From: Candidatus Lindowbacteria bacterium RIFCSPLOWO2_12_FULL_62_27
GTDB lineage: Bacteria; Lindowbacteria; 2-12-FULL-62-27
Assembly (NCBI GenBank): GCA_001784175.1
Contig: MFPR01000026.1
Coordinates: forward strand, 124,001 to 188,000
Direction: 5' to 3'
Length of the DNA: 64,000 nt
The notes beneath the pieces are model-generated. The model made no database searches, was not told the origin of the DNA, and saw only the letters and a program-made list of their open reading frames with translations. A program made the position numbers and the translations under genes. This document shows, piece by piece, positions 1 through 8,847 of this stretch (position 1 is the first letter of the stretch; each line of letters begins with the position of its first letter).

Positions 1-2
1 TC

Positions 3-1145
3 CCGGCCCGGCGCCTCACAGAGCTTCGAATCTCCGCCGCGAGTCTGAACGAGGATATGAACCGGCCGGAACTGGCCGAACGCGCCTATGAGGAAATCGC
101 CGCATCCGCCGCTGAGCCGGACCTCCGGGAACAGGCGCTCGACCGGCGCGTTCAACTCGCGATCAACAGGGGTGCCGGCGGCCGGAAATTTCTCGAAGGC
201 TTTCTGGCGGACGGACCGCCGGACGCCAAACGGGGACCGATCGTCGCCGAAAAATTGCTGGCCATGGCGATGAACGAAAAACGCCATGCCGACGCCGTTC
301 GAATCGTCGACCTCATGGCCAAAAAACTCGCCGCCGTCCCGGCGTCCGCACGGTACCGCGCCGCGCTCGCCCGGCTGGAGATGTCGGACACCGCGGGCGC
401 GATGAGGGAATTTGAGATCCTGGCCGATCCGGCCCTCGCCGATACGTTTTATGTCGCATGGTCGTCTTTGAAGCTTGCGGAGCGCGCCTATCGCGCATCC
501 TCCAGGAAATCGGCCGAGCCGCATCTGAAGCGCGCATGGGCGAGGCGGGCCAATCTCACGGCGGAGGCGAAATCCGCCGCATACAAAATGCTCGCCGACA
601 TTTATCTGGAGGACGAAAACCGCGAAGGGCTGGCCTTCCTCGCGCCCGAACCGCCGCTTCCCGGTGCGGACGACGAGCACAATCTTGTGCGGGGACTCTG
701 GGCGTTTTACTCCGGCGATTACGTGTCCGCCGCGAGGCACCTGAAATCCGTGATGTCGAAGGAGTCGCGCGCCAAACGCCTGTACGCCGAGTCCCTCGTC
801 TCGACCGCCGACACGCCCGCCGCCATGGGGGTCCTCGACGAACTCGCCGCCACGCGCGGAACCGTGGCGGCCGCGGCCCAGATGCGCATCGCCGACCTCT
901 TTTTCGCCGCCGGCTCGACGAAGGACGCCCTGATCAATTATTACAAGGTCATTGACCAATACGAGCCCGACGAGAACAAGACCCTCGCGCCCGCGGCCCT
1001 GCTCGGCATTGTCCGGATCCACGCGAAAAACAGGGAACTTGCAAAGGCGCGGGAAATATTGGAAGAATTGAAAGAGAAGCATGGATCAAGCCGGGAGGCG
1101 GGGGAGGCGGAAAAAATTGTGAAAAGCCTGGGAAAGAAACGATGA
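3..1145 (+). CDS. Tetratricopeptide-repeat protein, probably 5'-truncated by the window edge
   Basis: Frame is open from base 3 (first ATG at 57). Repeated Ala/Leu-rich TPR-like helices; C-terminus resembles CpoB/BamD-type TPRs (YYKVIDQYEP...APAALLGI). Confidence 0.7.
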   Translation, partial: PARRLTELRISAASLNEDMNRPELAERAYEEIAASAAEPDLREQALDRRVQLAINRGAGGRKFLEGFLADGPPDAKRGPIVAEKLLAMAMNEKRHADAVRIVDLMAKKLAAVPASARYRAALARLEMSDTAGAMREFEILADPALADTFYVAWSSLKLAERAYRASSRKSAEPHLKRAWARRANLTAEAKSAAYKMLADIYLEDENREGLAFLAPEPPLPGADDEHNLVRGLWAFYSGDYVSAARHLKSVMSKESRAKRLYAESLVSTADTPAAMGVLDELAATRGTVAAAAQMRIADLFFAAGSTKDALINYYKVIDQYEPDENKTLAPAALLGIVRIHAKNRELAKAREILEELKEKHGSSREAGEAEKIVKSLGKKR

Positions 1146-1501
1146 AGCTCACGGCATGGGCCGCCTGGACGATGGTCGCGTTTGCGCCGGCGACCGGCAC
1201 GGCATGGGCCGAGGAAGGTGTGGACGAGGTCACGGTCTTCGGGCAGGACCGCTCGCAGATCTCCGGGTCCGCGCTCATGGACACGGTGTCGGCCCGGACG
1301 TCGTCCAAACTCGATACGACGGAACTCCAGGCGGGTCTTGAAACCAAGGAGTCCGACATCAACCGGGAGGCAAGCAAGGCGGACAAACCGAAGATCGAGG
1401 AGGCCAAACGCGACAAGCCTGACGTCACGCCGCAGATCTCCTACCAGATGGAATGGAAATTGATCCTTCTCATCGGTCTTCTCGAATCGTCCAAGAAGTA
1501 A
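1142..1501 (+). CDS. Small secreted hypothetical protein
   Basis: ATGA overlap with the upstream gene; signal peptide ending AWA; mature N-terminus EEGVDEVTVFG. Confidence 0.65.
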   Translation: MKLTAWAAWTMVAFAPATGTAWAEEGVDEVTVFGQDRSQISGSALMDTVSARTSSKLDTTELQAGLETKESDINREASKADKPKIEEAKRDKPDVTPQISYQMEWKLILLIGLLESSKK

Positions 1502-3276
1502 TGTCTGATCCCTGCGCGCGCCTCGATGCCGAACGCCGCCGCCGCGATCTCACCTCGGCCATCGCCGCATGCACGACGTTCTATTTCTTTCCGTTCTTTT
1601 TGAGTTTCATGATCGATGTGTCAAGGACCGCCGAGCCTGCTGTGCCGCCGGAGGTCCGGATCAAGATCATTTCCGAGTCCGAACTTCAGATCATGTTTCC
1701 GGAACCGGCCAAATCCACGATCATGGCCGGCGCGCAAAGACCGATTCCTAAAGTCGGGGCGCAAATGGAAACACTGGAACGTAGAGAAACGCTGGTCGGC
1801 AGGTCCGCGCCTGACCCGCTCACATCCGAGCTGCCCGCGCCGGCGGAACTTGAACGCCGCAGGTCGGACCCGGCAAGCTGGGAGGCGGATCGGACGGAGA
1901 TGGCCGAAAAAACGGCGTCGGCGCATGGTGCGGTGGACCTGCCAAAGCCTGTCCAGGAAGAAGTAAAATCCGTCGCGGATCGGAAACCCGAGCCCATCCA
2001 GCGCGACATGGCCGTGGTCGAGCAAAAAGAGGGCCTCAATAAAACGTCCGCCGATTTTCCGGCCGCTCGCGCCCAGTTGGTGAAAAGCGAAGGGCTGGCG
2101 AGAGACGTCGACGCGCCCGGCGACGTGGTGCGGGAGAAACTGCCGGCCATGCCCGAAATTCCGGCGGACCGCGACCGGCGCGCGCCGGACGCGATCGAAG
2201 GCGTTCAGGAACAGCGCATGGCGAAAAAAACGCTGATGAAAACGGATGTGCCCGCCGCGCAGGTCGCATCTGCCTACACTCCCGCGCCAAACGACATGCC
2301 GGAATTCGTCTCGGCGGCGCCCGCAACTTGGGATGGATCACGCTCGCAGGCCGTGTCGGAACACCATCGGGTACGAGCGGCCAGTGTAGCCCTGCCGGTC
2401 GTGTCCAGCGACCGGCCCGGGCATTCGGTAGATTTGTCCGGGAAAATTACTCCGTTGGAGGCGCAGGTCGCGGACGTTCAGCCCCGCGTCGAACTTCGGC
2501 GTGTCGTCGCGGCGGGTCCGGCTGGAATCGCCAAACCGGCGGCATCGACGCAGACGGTGGTGGTGAATTCCATCGACGCGCCGGTCGAATTGACGAATCA
2601 GGCCGTCCGAATGGACGGGCCATCCGCTTCGGCTCCGAAGGTCGTCGGACTTCAAGCCGCTGTGACCCGGCCGGTCCGGCAGGGGATCGCGGACAAGGAC
2701 CGGCCGGAAGAGTTGAATCAACCGTCTAAAGACGAACCGGCGCCGGCGGTTGCTCCTTCCGCACCGGCCACCGCGCCGGACAAGTGGACAGACGCGCCGG
2801 GCGCATCCGACCGGCGGGTTCTGGCCGAAAAGGCGTCCATCGACGCCGGTGTTGTGTCGCTGCCGACGGACGTTCAGGAAAAAACAGAGTCTCTCGTGTC
2901 GCCGCGGCCGGACGATCTCAGCGGAAAAACGGAAGCAGTGTCGTCCAAGTTTGAGTTCCTGACGCTGTCCGAACAGCCGGCGCCGGGAGCCTCCGAAGCC
3001 GAAGACGCCGGGGGCGGTTCAGGCGATCGCAAGCTGCTCCTTTCCCCCCATCCGGAGATTCCGGAGTGGTATGAGCTGAGGGGCATCGATTCGGTCGGCG
3101 CGTTTCGCATTCGCATCTCCCCGGACGGCAACGTCGAGTCGGTCGACGTCGAAACGACGACGGGATCCAAGGACATCGATGCGAACTGGATGTCCGCCAT
3201 CATGAACTGGAAATACGACAAGGGCGACGGCGCCGCCACGCGCCTCGTCAAAGTTCGAATCCAACTCCGGAAGTAG
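1501..3276 (+). CDS. TonB-family energy transducer with long low-complexity linker
   Basis: N-terminal TM helix, Pro/Ala-rich linker, C-terminal TonB_C-like motif (FRIRISPDGNVESVDVETTTGSKDID...WKY). Start at 1501 overlaps the upstream stop; 1453 is an alternative. Confidence 0.7.
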   Translation: MSDPCARLDAERRRRDLTSAIAACTTFYFFPFFLSFMIDVSRTAEPAVPPEVRIKIISESELQIMFPEPAKSTIMAGAQRPIPKVGAQMETLERRETLVGRSAPDPLTSELPAPAELERRRSDPASWEADRTEMAEKTASAHGAVDLPKPVQEEVKSVADRKPEPIQRDMAVVEQKEGLNKTSADFPAARAQLVKSEGLARDVDAPGDVVREKLPAMPEIPADRDRRAPDAIEGVQEQRMAKKTLMKTDVPAAQVASAYTPAPNDMPEFVSAAPATWDGSRSQAVSEHHRVRAASVALPVVSSDRPGHSVDLSGKITPLEAQVADVQPRVELRRVVAAGPAGIAKPAASTQTVVVNSIDAPVELTNQAVRMDGPSASAPKVVGLQAAVTRPVRQGIADKDRPEELNQPSKDEPAPAVAPSAPATAPDKWTDAPGASDRRVLAEKASIDAGVVSLPTDVQEKTESLVSPRPDDLSGKTEAVSSKFEFLTLSEQPAPGASEAEDAGGGSGDRKLLLSPHPEIPEWYELRGIDSVGAFRIRISPDGNVESVDVETTTGSKDIDANWMSAIMNWKYDKGDGAATRLVKVRIQLRK

Positions 3277-3280
3277 GACG

Positions 3281-3895
3281 ATGAACGCCGTCCGCCTCTG
3301 GGCCTGCTTCGCCATCGCTCTTTTTGGGGCTTGCGCGCCGGCCTCGGACACGCAACGTCTCTCGCCCGTCATCGCGCCCGGAGGGCCGGTGGAGCTTGTG
3401 GACGCGCGTGGATATCCCATCGCCGTCTCCCGACTGCAGGCCTCCGACGTGGCGATCTTCGCGATCGCCCACGGCAAGTACATCATCCTGTGGGTACGGT
3501 GTGAAAACTTTTCCAATGAGGCGGTCGTTCTGTCGCCCGCGCTGATCACAGCCGAGGCGGTCGGGAAAAAGAACCGCAGGAAAAACATGAAACTCTTTTT
3601 GCCCGGATCAAAAGGTTCGGAATTCAAAACGCTCCACCGGGATCTGGCCGGGGTCTATCAGCTCCTGAGCGGCGCCGCAGCGCAAGGCGAATCGAAACTC
3701 GCCGGGCTGAAGGAGGAATGGAAGGAACACGGCGGCGACTATCAGTCCATTGAGCATATCCTCCTCGGCGCATCCACCCTCGGCGTCCATCATGCGGCGG
3801 AAGGCTACGTCATCCTTCAACGCGTCCCGGCCGAAAAATATGTCCTCACCCTCCCCCTCGCGGGAGACCTCCACCGCTTCGAACTGATTCCGTAG
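3281..3895 (+). CDS. Putative lipoprotein
   Basis: Lipobox-like LFGAC after a hydrophobic signal. Confidence 0.6.
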   Translation: MNAVRLWACFAIALFGACAPASDTQRLSPVIAPGGPVELVDARGYPIAVSRLQASDVAIFAIAHGKYIILWVRCENFSNEAVVLSPALITAEAVGKKNRRKNMKLFLPGSKGSEFKTLHRDLAGVYQLLSGAAAQGESKLAGLKEEWKEHGGDYQSIEHILLGASTLGVHHAAEGYVILQRVPAEKYVLTLPLAGDLHRFELIP

Positions 3896-3911
3896 GATTT
3901 CGCCCCGACGG

Positions 3912-3940
3912 TTGACAGAGAAATCATACAGTGATTGAAT
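3912..3940 (+). promoter_or_regulatory. Candidate sigma70 promoter of the atp F0 operon
   Basis: TTGACA-N17-TTGAAT in the intergenic gap. Confidence 0.45.
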
Positions 3941-3947
3941 CGGCGGT

Positions 3948-4166
3948 TTGAATTCGCCCAAGGATTCAGGACCGCGAAGTCAGAACTGGCTGACCGCCCT
4001 CTCCATTCCGATGGTGCTCCTGGTCCTGCCGGCCGCCGGCGCGTACCTCGGCCTTCTGGCCGACCGGCGGTTCGGAAGTCAGCCGGCCGGGGCCGCCGTG
4101 GGACTTCTGGCGGGTTTGGCGGCGGCCGGGTTCAGAGTCCGGGCGATTCTTCGAAACTTGAAGTAA
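3948..4166 (+). CDS. AtpZ/AtpI-family ATP synthase-associated protein
   Basis: Two TM helices with GAYLGLLADRRFGSQP motif; first gene of the atp block. Confidence 0.75.
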   Translation: MNSPKDSGPRSQNWLTALSIPMVLLVLPAAGAYLGLLADRRFGSQPAGAAVGLLAGLAAAGFRVRAILRNLK

Positions 4167-4185
4167 GTCGGGAGGAGTTTGAGGC

Positions 4186-4563
4186 ATGAGAAAAATGATC
4201 TGGACATCCAGCGTTTGCGCGTTTATTCCCGTCCTCGCGGGGTTGGCCATCCTGCCGTTCGGGATCGGCGTTGGCTGGTGGAGTCTTGCGGCTGGATGCG
4301 CGTTTGCGGCGCTGGCCTTCGGCGCGTTTCTTGAATTGGCCCAGAACGTCACGTCCTGGAAAGGGCTGAAGGGATTTCTGCCCGTTGCGATTCCCGCGGC
4401 GGCGCTCATCTCCATCGGCGCCATGGGTGCCTTCTGCCTCGACATGCTGAACCGCCATCTTCTCAGGCCCGAAACGTTCGTGGCCGGCATTCTGGCCGGG
4501 ACGCTCTTCAGCCAGGTCGCGCTGATCCGATCGTCGTTCCGGCTCTCCTCCCTGCGAGATTAA
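4186..4563 (+). CDS. ATP synthase subunit I-like membrane protein
   Basis: Four hydrophobic segments; position directly before atpB. Confidence 0.55.
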   Translation: MRKMIWTSSVCAFIPVLAGLAILPFGIGVGWWSLAAGCAFAALAFGAFLELAQNVTSWKGLKGFLPVAIPAAALISIGAMGAFCLDMLNRHLLRPETFVAGILAGTLFSQVALIRSSFRLSSLRD

Positions 4564-4567
4564 TGCG

Positions 4568-5407
4568 GTGATCGGATCGGCCCATCCCATTTTCCGGGTT
4601 TCCGGAGGCCACGGCGGGCTTGAGCCGCCCAACCTCATTTCGCTCCTGCACGGGGTTTTCTCGGATGTGCCGCTGGTCGGCCTCCTGTTCAAATACGAAA
4701 ACATTTTCTTCGCCGTCGCCGCCGGTCTCATCCTGTCCGTCGTCTTTGCCGTCGGTACCCGCCGCCTGACGCTCGTGCCGGGCCGGGTGCAGAATGTTCT
4801 GGAAACCATCGTGGAAACGTTGCAGGACTTTTTTGGCGGAATCCTCGGCCATTACGGCAAGGCCTTCGTTCCTTTCGTCGGCACGCTCTTCCTCTATATC
4901 TTTTGCATGAACATGATGGGCCTCGTGCCCTTTCTGAAATCTTCGACGACCGACCTCAACACCACGCTGGCCCTGGCCGCCTGCGTGTTCGTGTGCGTGC
5001 AGTTCACCGCGCTCACCAAACTCGGGCCGCTGACGTACCTCGACCATCTCGCGGGACAGCCGCGTGGTTTCGGAATGTTTCTGCTGTCGGTCGTGTTGCT
5101 GTTCCCGCTCTTCGTTATCCTGGACGTGATCGTCCCGCCCATCACGCTGTCGCTGCGGCTCTTCGGGAACATCACGGGCGGTGACACGCTCCTGGCCGCC
5201 TTTCAGAGCATGGCGGCGCAAAATCTGTTGGGCCCGACGAGTCTGCTTTCGTTCGTCGGCGGGCTCCTTGCGTTCGTGACGGTGATCGTGATTAGTTTTC
5301 TGCTCGTCCTTCTGGACACCATTCAGGCGCTGGTGTTCAGTGTTCTGGCGACGATTTACATATTGCTGGTTCTTCCACATGAAGAACATCCGGAGCATGC
5401 GCATTAA
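4568..5407 (+). CDS. atpB: F0F1 ATP synthase subunit a
   Basis: PGRVQNVLE, LSLRLFGNI (conserved Arg), IQALVFSVLATIY. Confidence 0.95.
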   Translation: MIGSAHPIFRVSGGHGGLEPPNLISLLHGVFSDVPLVGLLFKYENIFFAVAAGLILSVVFAVGTRRLTLVPGRVQNVLETIVETLQDFFGGILGHYGKAFVPFVGTLFLYIFCMNMMGLVPFLKSSTTDLNTTLALAACVFVCVQFTALTKLGPLTYLDHLAGQPRGFGMFLLSVVLLFPLFVILDVIVPPITLSLRLFGNITGGDTLLAAFQSMAAQNLLGPTSLLSFVGGLLAFVTVIVISFLLVLLDTIQALVFSVLATIYILLVLPHEEHPEHAH

Positions 5408-5428
5408 CATTTCAAGGAGGTTAAGAAC

Positions 5429-5728
5429 ATGGATTATCTGACAGGCTTGGCGCTGGCGCTTCCCATCGGGGTTGGGCTGGCGGGTATGGGTTGCGGGATT
5501 GGGCTTGGAAATGGCGTACGCGGCGCGATGGAAGCCATCGGCCGGCAGCCGGAGGCGGATGCGAAAATCCGGTTGACCATGATCATCGGCGCCGCCTTCA
5601 TCGAAGCGCTGACCATTTACGCGCTGGTGACGGTATTTTTATTCATGGCCACGATCACGGATAAGGCGAAAATGGATTTGGAGAAGGCTCAATCCGCCCC
5701 CGTGACGTCTTCCGCTCACGGTCAGTAA
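5429..5728 (+). CDS. atpE: F0F1 ATP synthase subunit c
   Basis: GxGxGxG motif, RQPE loop, [17 protein letters not shown] upstream. Confidence 0.95.
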   Translation: MDYLTGLALALPIGVGLAGMGCGIGLGNGVRGAMEAIGRQPEADAKIRLTMIIGAAFIEALTIYALVTVFLFMATITDKAKMDLEKAQSAPVTSSAHGQ

Positions 5729-5733
5729 CCGGC

Positions 5734-6258
5734 GTGGATACGCTGGCAGGGATTTTCCACGCACTCCACGTCGAGGGAATCAAGCTCCTCGCCAACATCA
5801 TCGCGTTCCTGATCTTCTTCGGGATTCTCTACAAGTTCGCCTGGAAGAAGATCGGGGATGCGTTGGAGCACCGCCGGTCCCTCATCCGGAACGGCCTCGA
5901 GGAGATCGAGCAGGGAAGGAAGGAAATCGAGCGGCTGAAGGAGGAGTACGCGGGCAAGATCCGCGCGATCGAGGCCGAGGCCCAGCTTCGGTTCGGGCGC
6001 ATCGAGGCCGAGGCCCGCGACCAGGCGGCCGTGATTCTCGCGGAGGCTTCCGGAAAGGCGCATAAATATATGGAAGGCGCCCGGAAGGAAATTGAGCAGG
6101 AAGTCGCCCAGGCCCGAAGGGTCCTCATGTCTGAAATCTCGTCGATCGCCCGCGGGGCGGCAGAGAAAATTCTCGAACGGCAGATCAACGAGGCTGACAG
6201 CCGGGCACTCGTCGAGTCGTTTCTGTCCGATCTGGAGCGCGCCAAAACGGCGGTCTGA
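5734..6258 (+). CDS. atpF: F0F1 ATP synthase subunit b
   Basis: N-terminal TM (FLIFFGILYKFAWKKI...LEHRR) plus coiled coil. Confidence 0.9.
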   Translation: MDTLAGIFHALHVEGIKLLANIIAFLIFFGILYKFAWKKIGDALEHRRSLIRNGLEEIEQGRKEIERLKEEYAGKIRAIEAEAQLRFGRIEAEARDQAAVILAEASGKAHKYMEGARKEIEQEVAQARRVLMSEISSIARGAAEKILERQINEADSRALVESFLSDLERAKTAV

Positions 6259-6884
6259 CAGGCTCCAATCTGAATCCTAAACCTGAAGCCCCTCCTTCGA
6301 GGCTCAGACAGATCGCCGGGACCGTCTGGTTTCATCTCAAGTCGCTCTTCATCGACTACCCCGGAAAACCGGCTTGGCGCCAGGTCGTCGACACGCTCGC
6401 GTCGGCCTTCCTTCTGGCCCTCCTCATCCGCTGGCTTTTCCTGCAGGCCTTCTTCATCCCCTCCGGATCGATGGAGGACACGCTCCTCAAGGACGACCGG
6501 ATCCTGGTGTCGAAGGTCCAGTACTATTTTCGCGAGCCCATGCGCAGCGAAATCATCGTCTTCTGGTTCGAGGAGGACAAGAAACATTTCATCAAACGCG
6601 TGATCGGCGCCCCCGGCGATCGCATCGAAATGGTCCGGAAGAAACTCTATGTCAACAACGTCCCCCAGGTCGAGGCCTATGCCGTCCACAAGGATCCGCA
6701 GTACGAGCCGTCCCGGGATGATATGCGCCCCCTGATTGTGCCTAGGGACCGCTTTTTTGTGATGGGCGACAACCGTGATTTCTCCAAGGACAGCCGGTTC
6801 TGGGGATTCGTCAAGAAGAAGGACGTCGTCGGCGTCGCGTTTTTCATCTACTGGCCCTTCACGCGCCTGGGCGCCATCAAATGA
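6255..6884 (+). CDS. lepB: Signal peptidase I with probable CTG start
   Basis: Frame of ORF 6471-6884 extends upstream through a TM helix and catalytic IPSGSM; FIKRVIG, GDNRDFSKDSR motifs. Exact start uncertain (CTG 6255 or 6270). Confidence 0.9.
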   Translation: MTGSNLNPKPEAPPSRLRQIAGTVWFHLKSLFIDYPGKPAWRQVVDTLASAFLLALLIRWLFLQAFFIPSGSMEDTLLKDDRILVSKVQYYFREPMRSEIIVFWFEEDKKHFIKRVIGAPGDRIEMVRKKLYVNNVPQVEAYAVHKDPQYEPSRDDMRPLIVPRDRFFVMGDNRDFSKDSRFWGFVKKKDVVGVAFFIYWPFTRLGAIK

Positions 6885-7786
6885 TGTCGCGGCGGATTCT
6901 CAGTATGATTTTTATTCTCTGCCTCCTGCCTCTCCGGCCATCCCACGCCGAAATCGTGGACCGCATCGTGGCCATCGTGAACGACGAGATCATCACGCAG
7001 CGCGAGCTGGAGGAAAAGGCCTATCCGATTCTCCTGTCGATGCCGGGCGATCCGTCCGAGGAGGAAATCTCTCAGATCAAGAAAAACGTGTCGATCGAGC
7101 TGGTCAAAAACAAGCTCGTCATTCAGGCGGCCAAACAGAAAAAAATTCTCCTCGACCGAGAGGAGGTCGAGGCCTTCGTCCGGGCAAGAACGCAGGCCTT
7201 GGAAAAACAGTACGGGGAGGACCTCGACAACGTCCTCGCCGAGCAGGGGTACACGGTCGGCGACTTCGAGGAACTCATGCGCCGGGAGGCCAAGCAGGAG
7301 ATTCTCAAGTCCCGGTTGATCGCCCAGGCCGTCGAAGGCGCCGTGGTCGTCACCGACGACGATATCCGCACCGAGTACTCCGCACGCATGCTCGTGGCCC
7401 GGTCGCCCGATCTCGCGTTTCAGGCGCTCCTCAATCTCAAATCGGGCAAACTCACGTTCGCCAACGCTGTCCGGCAATATTCGGCGGGCGCGGGCGCGGA
7501 GGAAAACGGCGACATGGGGAGCTTTCTGATCGGCAAGTGGTCGGAGGAGATCGAGGCGGAGATCATCAAACTGAAATCGGTCGGTGATTTGAGCGGCGTC
7601 ATCCAGACGGCGGCCGGATTCGTGGTCGTCCAACTGGTCGACCGCCGGAGGGTGGCGATCGATACGGTGTCGGCCGAAAACCGGAAAAAAATACGCGAGC
7701 GCCTCGTGCGGCTCAAATCCGCCTCCGAATCCGGCGCTTATGTCTCCTCCCTCTGGGACCGCGCATACGTCAAGTTCATCGACTGA
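6881..7786 (+). CDS. surA: SurA-like periplasmic chaperone/peptidyl-prolyl isomerase
   Basis: IVDRIVAIVNDEIIT N-terminus, parvulin-like region; surA-pdxA-rsmA synteny. Confidence 0.8.
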   Translation: MMSRRILSMIFILCLLPLRPSHAEIVDRIVAIVNDEIITQRELEEKAYPILLSMPGDPSEEEISQIKKNVSIELVKNKLVIQAAKQKKILLDREEVEAFVRARTQALEKQYGEDLDNVLAEQGYTVGDFEELMRREAKQEILKSRLIAQAVEGAVVVTDDDIRTEYSARMLVARSPDLAFQALLNLKSGKLTFANAVRQYSAGAGAEENGDMGSFLIGKWSEEIEAEIIKLKSVGDLSGVIQTAAGFVVVQLVDRRRVAIDTVSAENRKKIRERLVRLKSASESGAYVSSLWDRAYVKFID

Positions 7787-8807
7787 CCGGCCTGTCCTCC
7801 TCGTGACGCTGGGGGACCCGAACGGGATCGGCCCCGAAGTCGTCGCGAAATCGGTCCGGCCGTTTGCGGCCCGCTGCGCGGTCATCCTCATTGGCCCGCC
7901 GGCGGCGCTCCGGCGGTGGCGCCGCTTTCTTGGCGCGCCGCCCGTTCCGCTCACGGCTCGTGAGGCCCGGACACGCCGCGGCCGGTTGCACAAAGGTCTT
8001 TACCTGATCGATCCCGGTACGGGGATCGACGTTCGTCCGGGCCGGATGACGCGGGACGCCGCGCGCGCGGCCATCCGGTCGTTTGAGATCGCCATTGAGT
8101 TGTTGAAAGCCGGTCCTCGGAAGTTCGCGCTGGTGACGGCGCCGGTCTCCAAAGAGGCCTGCCTCAGGGCCGGCTTTCCCTTTACCGGACATACGGGCGA
8201 TCTGGGCCGTGCGTTTCGCCAAAGGCCTCTCATGCTTCTCATGGCTGGCCGCCTTCGAGTCGCGCTGGTCACCGAACATATTCCACTGCATCAAGTGCCT
8301 TCCAGCATTACGGCCGCCGGTGTGCTCGTGTGTCTTCGGATTCTGGCGCATGGCCTGTTTCAGATGGGCGGGGTCCCTCGCCCGCACATCGCCGTGCTGG
8401 GCTTGAACCCCCATGCGGGCGAGGGCGGCAGGATCGGCACGGAGGACCGGAGGATCGCCGCGGCCGTCCGGGCGTTCAACCGTAGCGGCCCCGGCCGCGC
8501 GGAAGGCCCGATCCCGGCCGACGCCGCCTTCGCCCCTCATCCGGGACGGGGAACACCCGACGCATATCTGGCGATGTATCACGACCAGGGCCTGATCGCA
8601 GTCAAGCGCGAAGGCGTTCATCGCGCCGTCAATCTCACGCTGGGCCTCCCGGCCGTCCGCACCTCGCCGGCGCACGGCACCGCCTTCGACATCGCCGGCA
8701 AGGACCGCGCCGACCCCCGCAGCCTGCGCCTCGCGCTCCGCTGGGCCCTCCGCCTCGCCGAGCGCCGCATCCACCGCCCATCGGCAGGTGATATCATGAT
8801 ATCATGA
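7740..8807 (+). CDS. pdxA: 4-hydroxythreonine-4-phosphate dehydrogenase
   Basis: GDPNGIGPE, GLNPHAGE, AMYHDQG, RTSPAHGTAFDIAG. Confidence 0.95.
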   Translation: MSPPSGTAHTSSSSTDRPVLLVTLGDPNGIGPEVVAKSVRPFAARCAVILIGPPAALRRWRRFLGAPPVPLTAREARTRRGRLHKGLYLIDPGTGIDVRPGRMTRDAARAAIRSFEIAIELLKAGPRKFALVTAPVSKEACLRAGFPFTGHTGDLGRAFRQRPLMLLMAGRLRVALVTEHIPLHQVPSSITAAGVLVCLRILAHGLFQMGGVPRPHIAVLGLNPHAGEGGRIGTEDRRIAAAVRAFNRSGPGRAEGPIPADAAFAPHPGRGTPDAYLAMYHDQGLIAVKREGVHRAVNLTLGLPAVRTSPAHGTAFDIAGKDRADPRSLRLALRWALRLAERRIHRPSAGDIMIS

Positions 8808-8841
8808 TATCATGATAGCTATCATGATATCATGATATCAC
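8788..8841. repeat. AT-rich tandem 8-bp (TGATATCA) array containing a 44-bp perfect palindrome
   Basis: GTGATATCATGATATCATGATATCATGATAGCTATCATGATATCATGATATCAC; perfect palindrome 8797-8840. Confidence 0.9.
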
Positions 8842-8847
8842 TTCGGC

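Noticed and set aside
8788-8841. CRISPR array
   Set aside because: 8-bp tandem units with no spacers and no cas genes; no CRISPR array was seen anywhere in the window.
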